64,000 nucleotides of DNA from Mobula hypostoma (taxonomy: Eukaryota), in NCBI RefSeq assembly GCF_963921235.1, contig NC_086097.1, positions 224,256,001-224,320,000 of the forward strand, in the 5' to 3' direction. Below the pieces are notes generated by a model, which made no database searches, was not told the origin of the DNA, and saw only the letters and a program-made list of their open reading frames with translations. Of this stretch, positions 50,503-64,000 are shown piece after piece. Made by a program: the position numbers and the translations under genes. Positions within the stretch are counted from its first letter, which is position 1, and every line of letters starts with the position of its first letter.

Positions 50503-51689
50503 TCATATATGCTGGGAAAGAACTAGATCCTTTTTCACTCTTAATGATTTTATCCAACTGATTGAACTCACAATTTGCACCAATTCTGTTTTTTTTGGTG
50601 AATGCAGTAATATTATATTTTCTTTATAGGTGTACTGCCATTGATAAGTGCTAAAATAGTTCTAAAATGAAAGCATCCTTTTCAGTTCTTTGAAGTTCTT
50701 TACAGTGCCCAAGTCCCTGATGTCTATTTAATGCACTTCAGCCTAATTGAATCTGGAGTTAGTTCACAGGGAAGTGTGGGAAGCAGGAAGGCCATCTGAG
50801 AAAGTAAACAAAAGCAGGATGTTGATAAATGAAGGAGGAACTAGGAAGGGAATCCCAGCCAGCACATGAAAGGATGCTTTCTTCCAAATTTGTACACATT
50901 CTCCTTTGCACGAAATGTTAGAGTTTACTGGAAAGCAGAATTGCCAGAGGACTTGAGGCTTGTTAGGGTGACATTAGCTTTCCAAGACTATATTGCCTAA
51001 ATGGATTCAATTGTGGTTAGCTACTTGAACCGGAGGTGTATTTTGGCTTTTGGAAGCCGGAGGATGGAGGACTCAAATTGGCTGCTTACTGTGGTGATGA
51101 AAAGACTCTGTGTGATTTTGATATTCCAGCCTAAATCATATTCACCAGCGAAGATTAAGGGTGCCAAATGTGCTATTATCCAGAGCTCAGATTTGGCAAA
51201 GGAGAGATGTCAGAGTTGTGCCACAGAGTGCAAATTAAAGTTCGGATGAGAGGATATTTGGGATCTTGGAAGGTGGGAGTATTTGGATAGAAGTGGAGGT
51301 GTGATTCTGCCCTCTCCATACAAGTTGTCTTTTCCTTTGCCCATTGAACTGGACGAAGCCTGCAATACGATGGGCTGAGGACTATTTTGGCTGCATTTTT
51401 AATGATTAGCTCTTAATGGTGACAATGGTATTCTGCTTTATCCTATGCTCAGTGGAATTTGCTTGTTAAAATCAATCTTGAACTAAATGTTCTTTGTTGT
51501 GCCATTGCCATGCACTTTCTGTACCCAATCTCTTTTATTATTGATGTTTTTTTTTAGTTTGGTTTATAGTTGAATTTTTAGGCTCTTAATTTATTCCTCA
51601 AAGGATTGCCAGAAGCAAAGATCATTCCACTACAGGGATCTCTAGCATATCTCTTCACAGCAGTCCAGGCATAACAAATTACTATAAGT

Positions 51690-52400
51690 TTAAAGTTCAA
51701 AGTAAATTTATTATTGAAGTACTGTATGTCACCATATCCAACCCTGAAATACATTTTTGCAGGCATTTGCAATAGAACAAAGAAATACAACAGAATAAAT
51801 GGAAAACTGCACATAAATACTGACAATCAACCGATGTGCAAAAGAAAACAATCTGCGAAACTACAAAAAAAGTCAGTAAGTAACACTGAGAACATGTGTT
51901 GTAGAGTTACGATAAGTCGATAATGAGTTAAGTTACAATATAAAAAGGAGGGAGGGTGAGATAGTGCTCAGGAATTCATGGACTGTTCAGAACTGAAGCA
52001 GAGGGAAAGAAACTTTTCTTAAGATGTTGAGTGTATGTCATCAGGCTTGTGTACCTCCTACCTGATGGTAGTAATGAGAAGAGGGCATGGATGATGAGAG
52101 TCCTCCATGATGGATGTCACCTTCTTGAGGCACCGCCCTTTGAAGATGTCCTTGATGGTAGGACTTGTGTCTGAAGGCTCTTCCATCAATTTGTGCTTCC
52201 ACACAAGACTGTGATGATGCAACCAATCAACATACTCTCCATGGTGAATCTGTAGGAATTTGTTAGTCTTTGGTGACAGGCCAAATCTCCTCAAATTCCT
52301 AATGAAGTACAGCCACTGGAGTGCCTTATTCATGATTGCATCAATATGTTGGGCATTTGAGGTGTTGGATGCCCAGGACATTGAAACTGCTCACCTTTTT
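51690..52400 (-). mobile_element. Decayed Rex1/Babar-like LINE 3' end
   Basis: QHIDAIMNKALQWLYFIRNLRRFG...TIKDIFKGRCLKK; tail (ACTTTGA)-like repeats. Confidence 0.75.
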
Positions 52401-55400
52401 CACCACTCAAATTATTCACTTCTGATCAAAAGCACGTGGACACATCCTGAACTCCATTTTGCAATAGTGTGTAATGAATCAGTACCTTAAAGAAAAGGCT
52501 ACATGGGGCACTGTTTAACCTTGTTTTACTTTCATTTTTGCAAATTACTTTACAAATCTTAACAGAATTTGGAGTAATTCCAGAAATATTAATATTTATG
52601 AATCAGAAGACTGTTTTGTGCCTGTAAACTTGTATCCCTAAATGAACAGTTTTTGCATTTTAAGTTGTTTGTGGTTTATTGTTAAGCATGTTTAATTGCA
52701 AAATTTGTTCTTTCAAAATCTGTCACGATGGCAACTTCTCCATCATGGCAAGTCTGGGAGTGGGACTGCCAGATTTCAATCTACAGTCTAGTCTTAGCTT
52801 TCACAGATGTTTAACCTTATGTCTGTAATACCTTATAGAATTTTTAGTGACCAGAAAGCACATTTACAAGGTGTGGGTCAGTAAAGGGGCACTTCAATAG
52901 ATTTTCTGGTGTTCAAATAAAATTAGGACCCTTGGAAATGATTTGAACCTTAAAATATATGTCCTCCTCAACTTTTAGGATATAAGTATATAAAGAGAGT
53001 TGGCTATAAGAATAAATTTTGAGATTCAAGATTGTTTAAGTTCAAAGTTCAAAGTAAATTTATTGTTGAAGTAAACATATGTCACCATACTGTATACAAA
53101 ATCTGAGATTCATTTTCTTGCAGGCATTCACAGATACAAAGAAACAAAATAAAATCAAGCAACACACAAAACGTCTACTGTACCTCCTCCTAGAGATGCT
53201 GCCTGGCCTGCTGAGTTCACCAGCAATTTTGATGTGTGTTGCTTGAATTTCCAGCATCTGCAGAATTCCTGTTGTTTGCGACCATAAAATCAATGAAGGA
53301 CCGCACCCAAGAGAACAAACAACCAGTGTGCAAAAGTCAACAAACTATCCAAACAAAAAGAGAAAATAAAAGAATCAATAAATATTGCGAACATGAGATG
53401 AGGAGTCTTTGAAGGTGAAGTCCTCGACTTGCTTTTGTCATTCTTCAGTACGTGAGTGTAAAGGAGAATAAAATGATCACTACTCAGGATCCGATGGGCA
53501 TTAAAAAACACAATAAGCATAAAGCACTCAATAAAAAACAAAAAACATAATAAATATAAATGTAAATATAAATATAAAAGCCCCCCTATAAAAACAATAT
53601 GTACCAGTAACTATTCTACAGATAGATGAATTGTATATACATAAATGAACACTGGGTGATTTATTTATTGAGCTAAAGCGTGGTGTAGACCCTTCTGGCC
53701 CTTTGAGCCATACTGCCCAGCGACCGTCAGTTTTACACTAACCTAATCATGTGACAATTTACAATGACCAATGAACCTCCCAACTGGTACATCTTTGGAC
53801 TGTGGGAGGAAACTAGAGCACCCGAAGGAAACCCACATGGTCATGGGGAGAACGTACAAACTCCCTACAGACAGTACCGGGAATTGAACCTGGGTTGCCA
53901 TTACTGTAAAGTGTTGTGTTATCCAGTACACTGCTGTGCCATCCCTTTGTAGTGGTGGTGGGAATGGTGAGATGGGTTAGTGGGTGGAAGTGTTGATCAG
54001 CCTTACTGCTTGGGGAAAAGTGACTGTTTTTGAGTCTGGTGGTCCTGGCCTGTATACTATGTAGCCTCTTCCCTGATGGGAGTGGGACAAACAGTCCATG
54101 AGCAGGTTGTGTGGGATCCTTCATGATACTGCTGGCCTTATTCTGGCACCTTTCTGTATATACGTCCTTGATGGTGGGTAGGCTGGTAATATGTCAGACA
54201 GTTTTACCTACCTGTGCTCGAGCTTGCTTGTGAAATGCACACTAAGATTCAACAATTTGATACAACGTCAAGCTAGGTTTCCATCAAGCAATAGGTATCG
54301 CATTCTACCTTGTTGCCCTCTGCAGCTGAACATTGTTTCTTTGTGATTCTTAAGACATGGGTGGATCTTGCTCAACATAATAAATTATTTAATTCCATTC
54401 ATGCTCTTAAAATGAGATTTTTGACCTTGCTGTTTACTTTGGCTAAGAGATTAATGGCAACAAGGACTGAAGCCTGTTAATTATTCCTCGTAATCACAAC
54501 ACTATTTCCTGGAATGGCTCCAACACTACTGAGCTCTGTCAATTAAAACTGTGCAGTGAGGGTAAATGGTGATAGAGAAATTAAAATGTTTTAATATGCT
54601 TCATCTTAAAATTAAATATAAAAATAATGATCTGAGATTTTATTTTAGTTCTTTTTTCATTAACTGAACAGCAAGCTTTTCAGTGGATTCACTGATCAGA
54701 TTTTGAAAAATATTTTACCATAATCTATTTCAAACGATGTTATTTTGGTGAAGTTTCCAAGCCTGCTATATATCTATAGCATACAGATGTAGCTCCACAC
54801 TGCAGAGAAAAATAGCCCCATACCTTTTATGGTCATTTTGAACTGAAGCTACATCATCAGAAATCTGTTCTTTTATTCTGAGTATGAGTTTAAGGTGATT
54901 TGGCTTCACAGAGAAGAAGGGGTTGCAAATGAATTACGCGCTGAGAAACACATGCTGTTGAATTAGCATCGGGTTTATGATCATTGACATATGTCACGAA
55001 ATTTGCTGTTTTGCAGCAACAGTACAGTATAAGATATAAAATTACTATAAGTTACATTTAGCAAAGAAATATATAGAACAAAGGAGAAATAACGAGATTT
55101 ATGGACTGTTCAGAAATCTGACAGTGGAAGGGAGATGTTGTCCTGTTAATAGGATGAAACATCAATGAGTATAATTAGAGGTAGACTCTGCCTTTTAGCA
55201 GAGAAATATAGTGAACGAATTTTCAGAAAGAATAACCAAGTTCTTGGCAAACACAAGAAAACCCGCAGATGCTGGAAACCCAAAGCAACACACACAAAAT
55301 GCTGGAGGAACTCAGCAGGTCAGGCAGCACCTATGGAAAAGAGTAAACAGTTGACGTTTCGGGCTGAGATCCTTCATCTGCACTAAGTTTTTGGACTCAG

Positions 55401-57534
55401 TATTGAAGGACCAGTGATTAACAGGAACAGGGAAACTATTCTTTTTCACCTCTGTCTCCTCCAATATTCTGCACAACTTATAAATCAAAAGGGTGTCTTA
55501 ACTCATTCTAGGCATGACAGTGAACATCAACAGGCTAGTCCTACTCTAAACTCACAGCATCCTGACCTTTGAGTAAATGTTTGAATCTTCTGACAAAATG
55601 GTGAGGCCAGAGACCTCTAATGTTTGGCTTTGGGCCTCATTATTCTGGGACTGAGATCCAGGAATGGACTGGGACACCAGATGGTGCTCAGGGCTGGAAG
55701 TAGGGATCAAGGACTACGGCTCAGGAAAGGGCTGGGTGAAGAGAAGATCAGCAAGGTGCACATGGACAATAGGCAGGGCCATGCATGTGGGATCAGGTGA
55801 AACTGTAGGTTAACAAATGGAGGATACAGTTCAGGTCAAAGATTTACTTTACTTCATTTGATATTTTTGACTGCAATGCAATGTCATACAGACTCCGGTT
55901 CAGCAGTGCTGGATGTAATAATTAATTGAATATTCAAAAATATTTTCTCCTTGTTGTGTTGATGAAGGTAAACAGGATTGGTAATGTTGAGTGGTGGACA
56001 AGGCAGTGGGTTCAATATATAATTGTAAATTAAGGGAATTAATGGCTCCATAAATACTGAGTCATCAATCCACCCTTGACTTCTTCGTCTGAATAGAGTT
56101 ACAATGACCACCCTTCTTCTGTTTTTGATGAAGGATCTCAGCACAAAACGTCGCCTGTTTACTGTTTTCCATAGATGCTGCCTAGCCTGCTGAGTTTCTC
56201 CAGCATTTTGTGTGTATTGCTTGGATTTCCAGCGTCTGCAGATTTTCTCATGTTTATGCTACTACTTCTGTTTTTACCTAGTCTTCACCAAAGCCTTCAT
56301 TATCAGATACTGAATGCTGAAGTGCTTTTGCCATTTCTCCTACATGCGCAGTCTTTTTTTTTGTTGTTGCAAGGTTGCACCCCCATTCCAAATATCTTGC
56401 TCTGCCACGAGGAAAAAGAAGACATAAGAGGTAACAAAATTAGGAAAGAACGAGACCATGGGGAGATCTGAAAAATATGATAAGAATTTTTAAATTGAGG
56501 CATCACTAAAGCAGTTATTGAAGTATTGGGTTGATATCTTAGAGAGTTTCTGATAAAGTTAGAATATGATTAGCACAATTTATGTAAGGTGAAGATTGAG
56601 ATATACCAAAGAAGTCTTGGCGTCATTAAAATTGGGGGAACTATTAGCAATAACAAAGATTTTCCAAATCCACATCAGCTCTCTTATCTGATACCACTAG
56701 GCATGATTATAAATTTGAAATGATTGAACTTACAGTGTACCTGCATTAATATCTGGTGTTCAACAGCTTTTATTGTACTGTGTTTTGCCGATGATATTGC
56801 CATGGTCTAAAAATAATGAGCCTTTAGAAAAATTTTGTAATAAGACAATATTTTGAAGCATAGAACTTTCCTTCATCTTCCTTACACTATTTTCACATCA
56901 TGAATAGAAATGATACACCATCAATAGAAAGTCAATTTCCTTTGAAGATGAACTGTTGGATTGGCTTTTAGAAAAATGAGGTCACATATGGTTGATGTCA
57001 CTTTATGGCTATGTTTCTGGCCTATTGTATGCATCCCTTTCCAATACAATCCATCAAAAGGTGCTCAAGTGCCAACTATAAACCTGAGCTGCTATTACTT
57101 GCCTTATTGCAAGATTGATAATTTATTGCCTCAGGCAGAACTTGATGAAATATCTGAAATTGGCAATGGTTGCTAACTTGTTTATACTGTAATTGCATTT
57201 GCCAAAGAAATATTTTTCCATTAGCAATTACTCGTTGGTGAGTAGCCATCTGAATGAAACAAAAGCTCTTAAAGAGCTTGATACAACCAGCCAAAACCAC
57301 ACAGGTTATAGTGGTTCCCTGGCAGATGTAGTGAGTTGCCCAAAGGCCTTCAGTCAGATGCCATAGAAAAGACTCTGTTCAGACCTGTAATAAGCATCAG
57401 TGACAACACTGCATGCTTTTATTAGAATCACCCAAATATTAATTGTTCAGCTTTATACTAAGTCAATAAATCTGTCTTCATTCACACAATCAATTTATTT
57501 TTTTAATTGTCAAATTTTAATAAGTTTAAGGTCA

Positions 57535-58516
57535 GATTAGCACCCTGAACACTGGCGTGCCTCAAGGCTGTGTGCTGAGCCCTCTTCTGTACTCCCTTTT
57601 CACCTATGACTGCGTTCCTGTACATGGTTCTAACTCCACAATCAAGTTCGCAGATGACACCATGGTGGTTGGACTGATCAGAGGGGATGATGGGATGGCC
57701 TGCAGGGATGAGGTCCAGCACCTGGCTGCATGTTGTGCTGACAACAACCTGGCCCTTAACACCCAGAAGACCAAGGAGATCATTGTGGACTTCAGGCATG
57801 CCAGGAGTCACACTCACGTCCCCATCTACATCAACGGAACTGTAGTGGAGTGTGTATCAAGCTTCGAATTCCTTGGTGTCCATATTTCCGAGGATCTCAC
57901 CTGATCCCTGAACTCCTCCATCCTGATCAAAGAGGTGCAACAGCGCCTTTATTTCCTGCAGAGCATCAAGAAAGCTCACCTCTGTTGCAGGATACTGATG
58001 GACTTTTACCACGGTACTATCGAGAGCATACTCACCAACTGCATCTCAGTGTGGTATGGCACTTGTCCCGTATCGGACTGCAAAGCACTCCAGCGTGTGG
58101 TGAAAACTGCCCAGCAGATTATCGGCACTCAATTGCCCACCATTGAGAACATCTACCATAAACACTGCCTGGACAGGGCGAAAAGCATTATCAAGGATGC
58201 ATCTCACCCTAACCATGGACTTTTTACTCTGGTAGGCGCTACAGGAGTCTCTGCTCCCGCACCAGCAGGCACAGGAAGAGCGTCTTCCCTGAGGCTGTGA
58301 CACTGCTGAACCTCTCATCACAACGCTAAGCAGTATTGTGTCCATACTGTACTGTCTCAGTACTTCTATATTTGTGTGCTGAGCACTTTTTTTTATTTGC
58401 AGTTATTTTGTAAATAACACTATTCTTTGCATTTCTGGTCAGATGCTAAATGCATTTCATTGGCTTTGTATCTGTACTCAGCACAATGACAATAAAGTTG
58501 AATCTAATCTAATCTA
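57535..58516 (+). mobile_element. 5'-truncated Rex1/Babar-like LINE (RT C-terminal half)
   Basis: PQGCVLSPLLYSLFTYDC...IKFADDT...LNTQKTKEIIVDFR...FLGVHISEDLT; QQRLYFL; AATAAA and (AATCT)n tail. Confidence 0.9.
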
Positions 58517-58597
58517 AAGTTACAATGAGTTTTGTTACTGAAGATTCTTGAGTTTATAATGCTGATGAAACCACTAGGAACTGTCAGAAAAACAAAA

Positions 58598-59255
58598 CAC
58601 TGGACAACAAAGATCCTGCTTCCTGAATACTTTTGGGGTGTATCTTATGGATTTTGGGCTGCTGATCATGGAAATCACCAAGAACTTGTTCTATCACACA
58701 CCAATTTTTTTTGGAATCGCCTATATTTGTTACTTCAATTCATATTTAAAGTAAATTAAAATGTTGCCCACAATGTAAGCTGAAAAGTTCTCTATCTAGT
58801 CCAGGTATGCCTGGGCATGCTACGATGATGGCATCTTTTTATTGATTCTTCAGTGTTTAAGCCTGAAAGCTGTTCTGCTACACAATGGCAGTGTCCACCC
58901 ATCAGTACCAATTGGCTACTAAAATTTGGAAGTCTTAAAGAAACATAAACACTACAGCAGCTACAGCTGAAAGATCTGTGATGATCTGTGAGTAGTAGTG
59001 CAGCTACTAGGAATGCTGCTTGGATACACCAAGTACTGTTGTTACAAAAAACAATTTTGGCTTAGTTGAACTATTGCAAACCATCAGCACTGTTATGCAA
59101 TTAAATGCATCAGAATCAATAAAAGTTAATTTCTTGTTTCTCCAAATTCTTATATGATGCAAGTAGTCTGAAATTTGTGTTCAGCTGCAAGCGTTCTAAC
59201 ATAACCACAAAAAATATCTGAGGAAGCAACAGTTTTGAAAAGATTTGCTGTCAGT
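58598..59255. mobile_element. Non-autonomous DNA transposon, possibly Chapaev3-like
   Basis: Imperfect inverted termini CACTGGACAACAAA / TTTGCTGTCAGT. The family assignment is from memory of CAC-type termini. Confidence 0.45.
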
Positions 59256-59259
59256 TGGA

Positions 59260-59608
59260 CAGATGTGTTTTTACTACAATCAGTTGAAACACCTTGACTG
59301 CACACGGTGATCTCCATTTAACTAATTATGTTTCTTCTAAAACCAGTTGGCTGCACCGGTGATGATTTAGTGTATCATATTAAAGGGGGGTGAATACTTA
59401 TGCAATTAATTATTTTGTGTTTTATATCTGTAATTAATTTTGATCACTTTGTGGAGATCTGTTTTCACTTTAACGTGAAAGAGGCTTTTTCTGTTGAACA
59501 GTGTTGAAAAAGTCAAGTTAAATCCACTGTGATTCAATGTTGTAAAACAATAAAACATGAAAACTTCCAAAGGGTTCCAAACTTCCAATACTTTTTATGG
59601 ACGCTGTA
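59260..59608. mobile_element. Tc1-like transposon terminal region
   Basis: Repeated motif gggggtgaatacttatgca / aatactttttatggacgctgTA, a direct-repeat-type end closing on CTG-TA. Confidence 0.6.
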
Positions 59609-59623
59609 GATGTTATGTTAAAG

Positions 59624-61812
59624 GACAGGACCTCCAGGGTTGTGATCTCAGGATATCAGGATTACTACCTATGCCACATGCAAGTGAGGCCAGAAAAAGG
59701 AAGATCATATAGTTTAACTTGCAGCTAAGGAGATGGTACATGAGGGAGGGCTTTAGACTTTTGGATCATTGGGCTCTTTTCCAGGGAAGGTGGGACCTGT
59801 AGGGAAGAGATGTTTGCACCTGAACTGGAGAGGAACTAATATCCATGCGTGAAGGCTTACCAGTGCTGCACGAGATAGGAGGGGAGGGGTTTAAGCTAGA
59901 GTTGCAGGGGGATGTGAACCAGAGTGCCAAAGCAGATAGCAGAGTGGTTGTGGGGAAGGACATTGATAAGCCTACATACAAAGTCAGCAATGAAAAGGCT
60001 GAGTGTGGTTAAACTAACTGTGTAAGGAGTACTGTAGGAAAGGTGGATGAGCTCAGGGCATTGACCAGCCATCAGTAAGACTTGGTGGCAGGATGGACAA
60101 GACAGGTAGCTCAGTGTTCTGGGGTTCCATAGTTTTAGACGTGATAGAGTTGGAGGGATTAAAGGGGGAGTGACATTTGTACGGGGTCTTTCTTTTTTGT
60201 ATGTTAAATTTTGTATGTTACACATTACTGGTCAGGGAAAATGTCAGACAGGACAGGCTGGAGAGCTTGTCTACTAAGGCTATACGGGTGGAATGGAGGA
60301 GGAAGAAAAGGATAACCACATTAACTGTGTTATATTATAGACCACCCAACAATCTGTGAGATTTAGAGGAGCAAATTTGTATAGAGATGCAGACTGTTGG
60401 AAGAAGCATAAGGTTGTGATAATAGTTGATGCTAACTTTCCACATATTGACTGGGACTCCCATACTGTGAAAGGACCAGAGGGGTTAGAGTGTGTCAAGT
60501 GTATTCAGGAAAGATATTTTAATCAGTAGATAGAAGTCCAAAGTAGAGAGAGTGTGATACTATATCTGCTATTGGGAATGAGACGGCAGATGACAGAAGT
60601 TTGTGTAGGGAAACACTTTGCATCTAGTGATCATAATGTCATTAATTTCAAGATAATTATGGAAGAGGACAGGTCTGATCCTTGAGTTGAAATTCTAAAT
60701 TGGACAAAGGCCAATGTCAATGGTATCGGAAAGGATTTGACAAAGGCGTACTTGGTAAGAGGGAGGCCGTCAAAAGTGAAATTTTGAGAGTACAGACTTT
60801 GTATGTTCCTGTCAGAATAAAAGGCAAAGATAACAGGTTTTTGAGAGCTATTAAGGGCCAGGTTAAGAAAAGGAAGGAGGTGCACAGCGGGTATAGGCAA
60901 GAAGGAACAAATGAGATAATATGGAGTATAAGAAATGCAAGAGAACACCTAAAAAGGAAATCAGGAGGGTTAAAAGAAGGCATGAAGTTGCTCTAGCAGA
61001 CAAGGTGAAGCAGAGCCCTAAGGGTTTCTACAGATACATTAAGAGCAAAAGGATAGCAAGGGACAAAATTGATTCTTTGGAAGATCAGAATGGTAATCTA
61101 TGCATGGAGTTAAAACAGATGAGGGAGATCTTAAGTGGATCTTTTTGCACCTATATTTACTTGGGAGATGGACACAGAGTCTATAGAAGTGACAATAAGC
61201 AGCAATGAGGTACACAGATTACAGAGGAGGAGGTGTTTGCAGTCTTGATGCAAATTTGGGTGGATAAATCCCCAGGGGATGACAAGGTGTTCCTTGGACC
61301 CTGTGAGAGGCTAAAGCAGAAATTTCAGGGGCCCTAACAGAAATGTTTTAAAAAGCCCTAGCCACGGGTGAGGTGCTGCTGGATTGGAGGATAGCAAAGG
61401 TTGTTCCATTGTTTATGGAAGCTTCTAAGAATAAGTCAGGAAATTATAGGCTGGTAAGCCTGCCATCAGTAGTGGGTAAGTAATTGGAAAGTATTCTAAG
61501 GGACCAGATATACAAGTATTTGAATAGGCATGGGCTGATAAGAGATAGTCAACATGATTTTGCATGTTGTAGGTTGAGTTCATTCTATTTTACAGAGTAT
61601 TTTTTGAGGAAGTTACCAGGAAAGATGATGAAGGCAATGCAGTGGATATTGTCAACATGGACTTAGTTAAGGCATTTGCCAAAGGTCCTGCGTGGGAGGT
61701 TGGCCAAGATGGTTTGGTCGCTTGGCATACAAGTTGAGGTAGTAAATTAGATTAGACATTGGTTTTGAGAGATAAGCCAGAGAGTGGTAGTAGATGGTTA
61801 CCTCTTTGACTG
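59624..61812 (+). mobile_element. Heavily decayed CR1 LINE (ORF1 end, endonuclease, RT N-terminal half)
   Basis: Colinear with 28527-30765 (aggacaggacctccagggttg..., YYRPPN, RYIKSKRIARDKI, LIRDSQH) with many indels. Confidence 0.9.
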
Positions 61813-64000
61813 AATCATAATCATAATCAGAATCAGGTTTAATATCACTAACATATGTTGTGAAATTTGTTGTTTAGAGTCAGAAGTACATTGCAATACA
61901 TAATAATTAAAAGAACTATGTGGGCACGTGGCCAAGGTATTGGACTAGCGACCTGAAGGTCGTGAGTTCGAGCCTCAGCCGAGGGGACGTGTTGTGTCCT
62001 TGAGCAAGGCACTTAATCACATTGCTCTGCGACGACACTGGTGCCAAGCTGTATGGGTCCTAATGCCCTTCCCTTGGACAACATTGGTGTCGTGGAGAGG
62101 GGAGACTTGCAGCATGGGCAACTGCTGGTCTTCCATACAACCTTGCCCAGGCCTGCATCCTGGAGAGTGAAGACTTTCCAGGTGCAGATCCATGGTCTCG
62201 CAAGACTAACGGATGTCTTTTAAAAGAACTATAAATTATATAAATAGTACAAAAGGAGAGCAAAGAGAAAGACTCATGAGGTAGTGTACGTGGGTTCATT
62301 GTCCATTCTGGATTCTGATGGCGAAGGGGAAATATCCATTCCTGAAATGTTGAGGATGTGTCTTCAGGCTCCTGCACCTCCTTGTTGAAGGTAGCGATGA
62401 GAAGAGGGCATGTCCTAGTGATGGGGGTCCTTAATGAAGGACGCTGCTTTTTTTAGGCATTGCCTTTTGAAGGTGTCCTTGAAGCTGGGGAGGCTAGTGC
62501 CCATGATGGAGCTGGCTGAGTTTACAATTTTCTGCAGCTTTTTTTGATCCTTTTCAATGGCCCCTCCAAACCAGACAGTGATGCAACTAGTTAGAATGTT
62601 CTCATGGTACTTCTGAATTTGAGAGAGTGCTTGATGACATACCAAGTCTCCTCAAGATTTTAATGCCTTCTTTGTAATTGTTTGGGTCAGTATAGATCTT
62701 CGGAGTTGCTGACACCCAGGAACTTGAAACTGCTTACTCTTTCCACTGCTCATTCCTTGATGAGGACCGATGTGTGTTCCCTCGACTTCCCCTTCCTGAA
62801 GTCCACAATGAATTCCTTTGTCTTACTGATGTTGAATGCACTCTTGTAGCATTCCGAAATTCTGCCAATAATAGTTGTGACACTGGCAAATTTATAGATG
62901 GCATTTGAGCTGTGCCCAGCCACTCAGTCATGGATGTAGAGAGAGTGGAACAGTGGGCTGATCACACATCCTTGAAGTGCACCAATGTTGATTGTCAGTG
63001 AAGAGGAGGTGCTATTTCTGAGCCGGACTGACTGTGATCTCCCAGTGAGAACGTCAAGGATCCAGCCATAGAGGAAGGTACAGAGGTCCAGGTTTTGGAG
63101 CTTGTTGATTAGAACTGAAGGTTTGACTGTGTTGAAACCTGAGTTGTAATCAATGAACAACAGCCTGATGTGTGTATTACTATTGTCCATGTGATCCAAG
63201 GCCGAATGGAGAGCCAGTGAGGTTGCATCCATTGTAGACCTATTGAGGCAAAAGGCAAATTGCAATGGGTGCAGGTCCTTACTTAGGTAGGAGTTGATTC
63301 TGACCATGACCAACCTCTCAAAGCACTTCATCACAATAGATGTGAGAGCAATGTGGAGATAGTCATTAAGGCAGCTTCACTTGCTCTTCTTGGGCACTGG
63401 TATGATTGTCTCCCTTTTGAAGCAGGTGAAAACCTCCGACTGCATCAGCGAGAGATGAGGATATTCTTGAACTCTCCTGCCAGTGGTTGGCACAGTTTTA
63501 CAGAGCGTCACCGGGTACACCATAAGGCCTGACGTCTTGTGAGGTTTCACACTCTTGAAAGATGTTCTGATCTCGGCCTCTGAGACAGAAATCACAGGGT
63601 CACCAGGTGCTGCAGGGACTCACACAGATTTAATTTGATTCTCCCTTTCAAATCATGAATAAAAGGCATTGAGCTCACCTGGGAATGAAACATCACAGTC
63701 ATTCATGATGTTAGGTTTTGCCTTGTAAGAAGTGATGGCCTGCAAACCCCGCCAGAGCTGACGTGCATTGGATTCTGTCTTTAACTTCAATTGGAATTGA
63801 TTTTTTACTCTTTAAGTAGCATTCTGTAGGTGATACCTAGACTTCTTGTATAGTTCTGGATCACTCATCTTGAATGCCACGGATCTAGCCCTCAGCAGAC
63901 TACGGAGGTCCTAGTTTTGATTTGGGTATGTCTGGTATATTCTCAAAGGCACACACTCATCCACACAGAATTCAGTAACCAATGTGGTGTACTCATTCAG
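61813..64000 (-). mobile_element. Decayed Rex1/Babar-like LINE, runs off the window end
   Basis: MKCFERLV...PLQFAF...RLLFIDYNSGFNTV...GALQGCVISP; ENILTSCITVWFGG...KKAASFIKDPHH; (TGATTC/TGATTA)n tail at ~61813-61835. Confidence 0.9.
61920..62219 (+). mobile_element. tRNA-derived SINE with 13-bp TSD
   Basis: Head with TGGCCAAGG and B box GAGTTCGAGCC; TTAAAAGAACTAT at 61907-61919 and 62220-62232. Confidence 0.85.

Noticed and set aside
11612..56250. Recurring ~130-bp repeat read as a CRISPR or satellite array
   Set aside because: Dispersed, on both strands, with no regular spacers, and attached to Penelope endonuclease remnants.

Overview
Eukaryotic, repeat-dominated vertebrate DNA. The transposable-element (TE) mix suggests a cartilaginous fish, probably a ray (inference): CR1 LINEs with an esterase ORF1, Rex1/Babar-type LINE remnants, Penelope-like elements (PLEs), tRNA-derived SINEs and solo LTRs. 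I recognise no intact host gene, tRNA/rRNA gene or CRISPR array, and most listed ORFs are TE fragments or antisense shadows. Main points: (1) A defective retrovirus-like provirus on the minus strand (1-3908) has an LTR, an exact 18-nt tRNA-Leu primer-binding site (PBS), a Gag with two zinc knuckles, a protease, a pol lacking the RT core and most of RNase H, a retroviral-type integrase C-terminus and candidate env splice sites. It is inserted into a Gypsy integrase. (2) About a dozen Penelope terminal repeats of two families carry minimal hammerhead-ribozyme motifs, three with intact cores. (3) A Sushi-like Gypsy LTR plus gag. (4) Multi-level nested insertions with readable target-site duplications (TSDs). 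(5) A diverged ~200-bp local duplication in which both copies keep an acceptor / 14 nt / GTGAGT microexon-like layout. All calls are by eye, and boundaries without a TSD are approximate.
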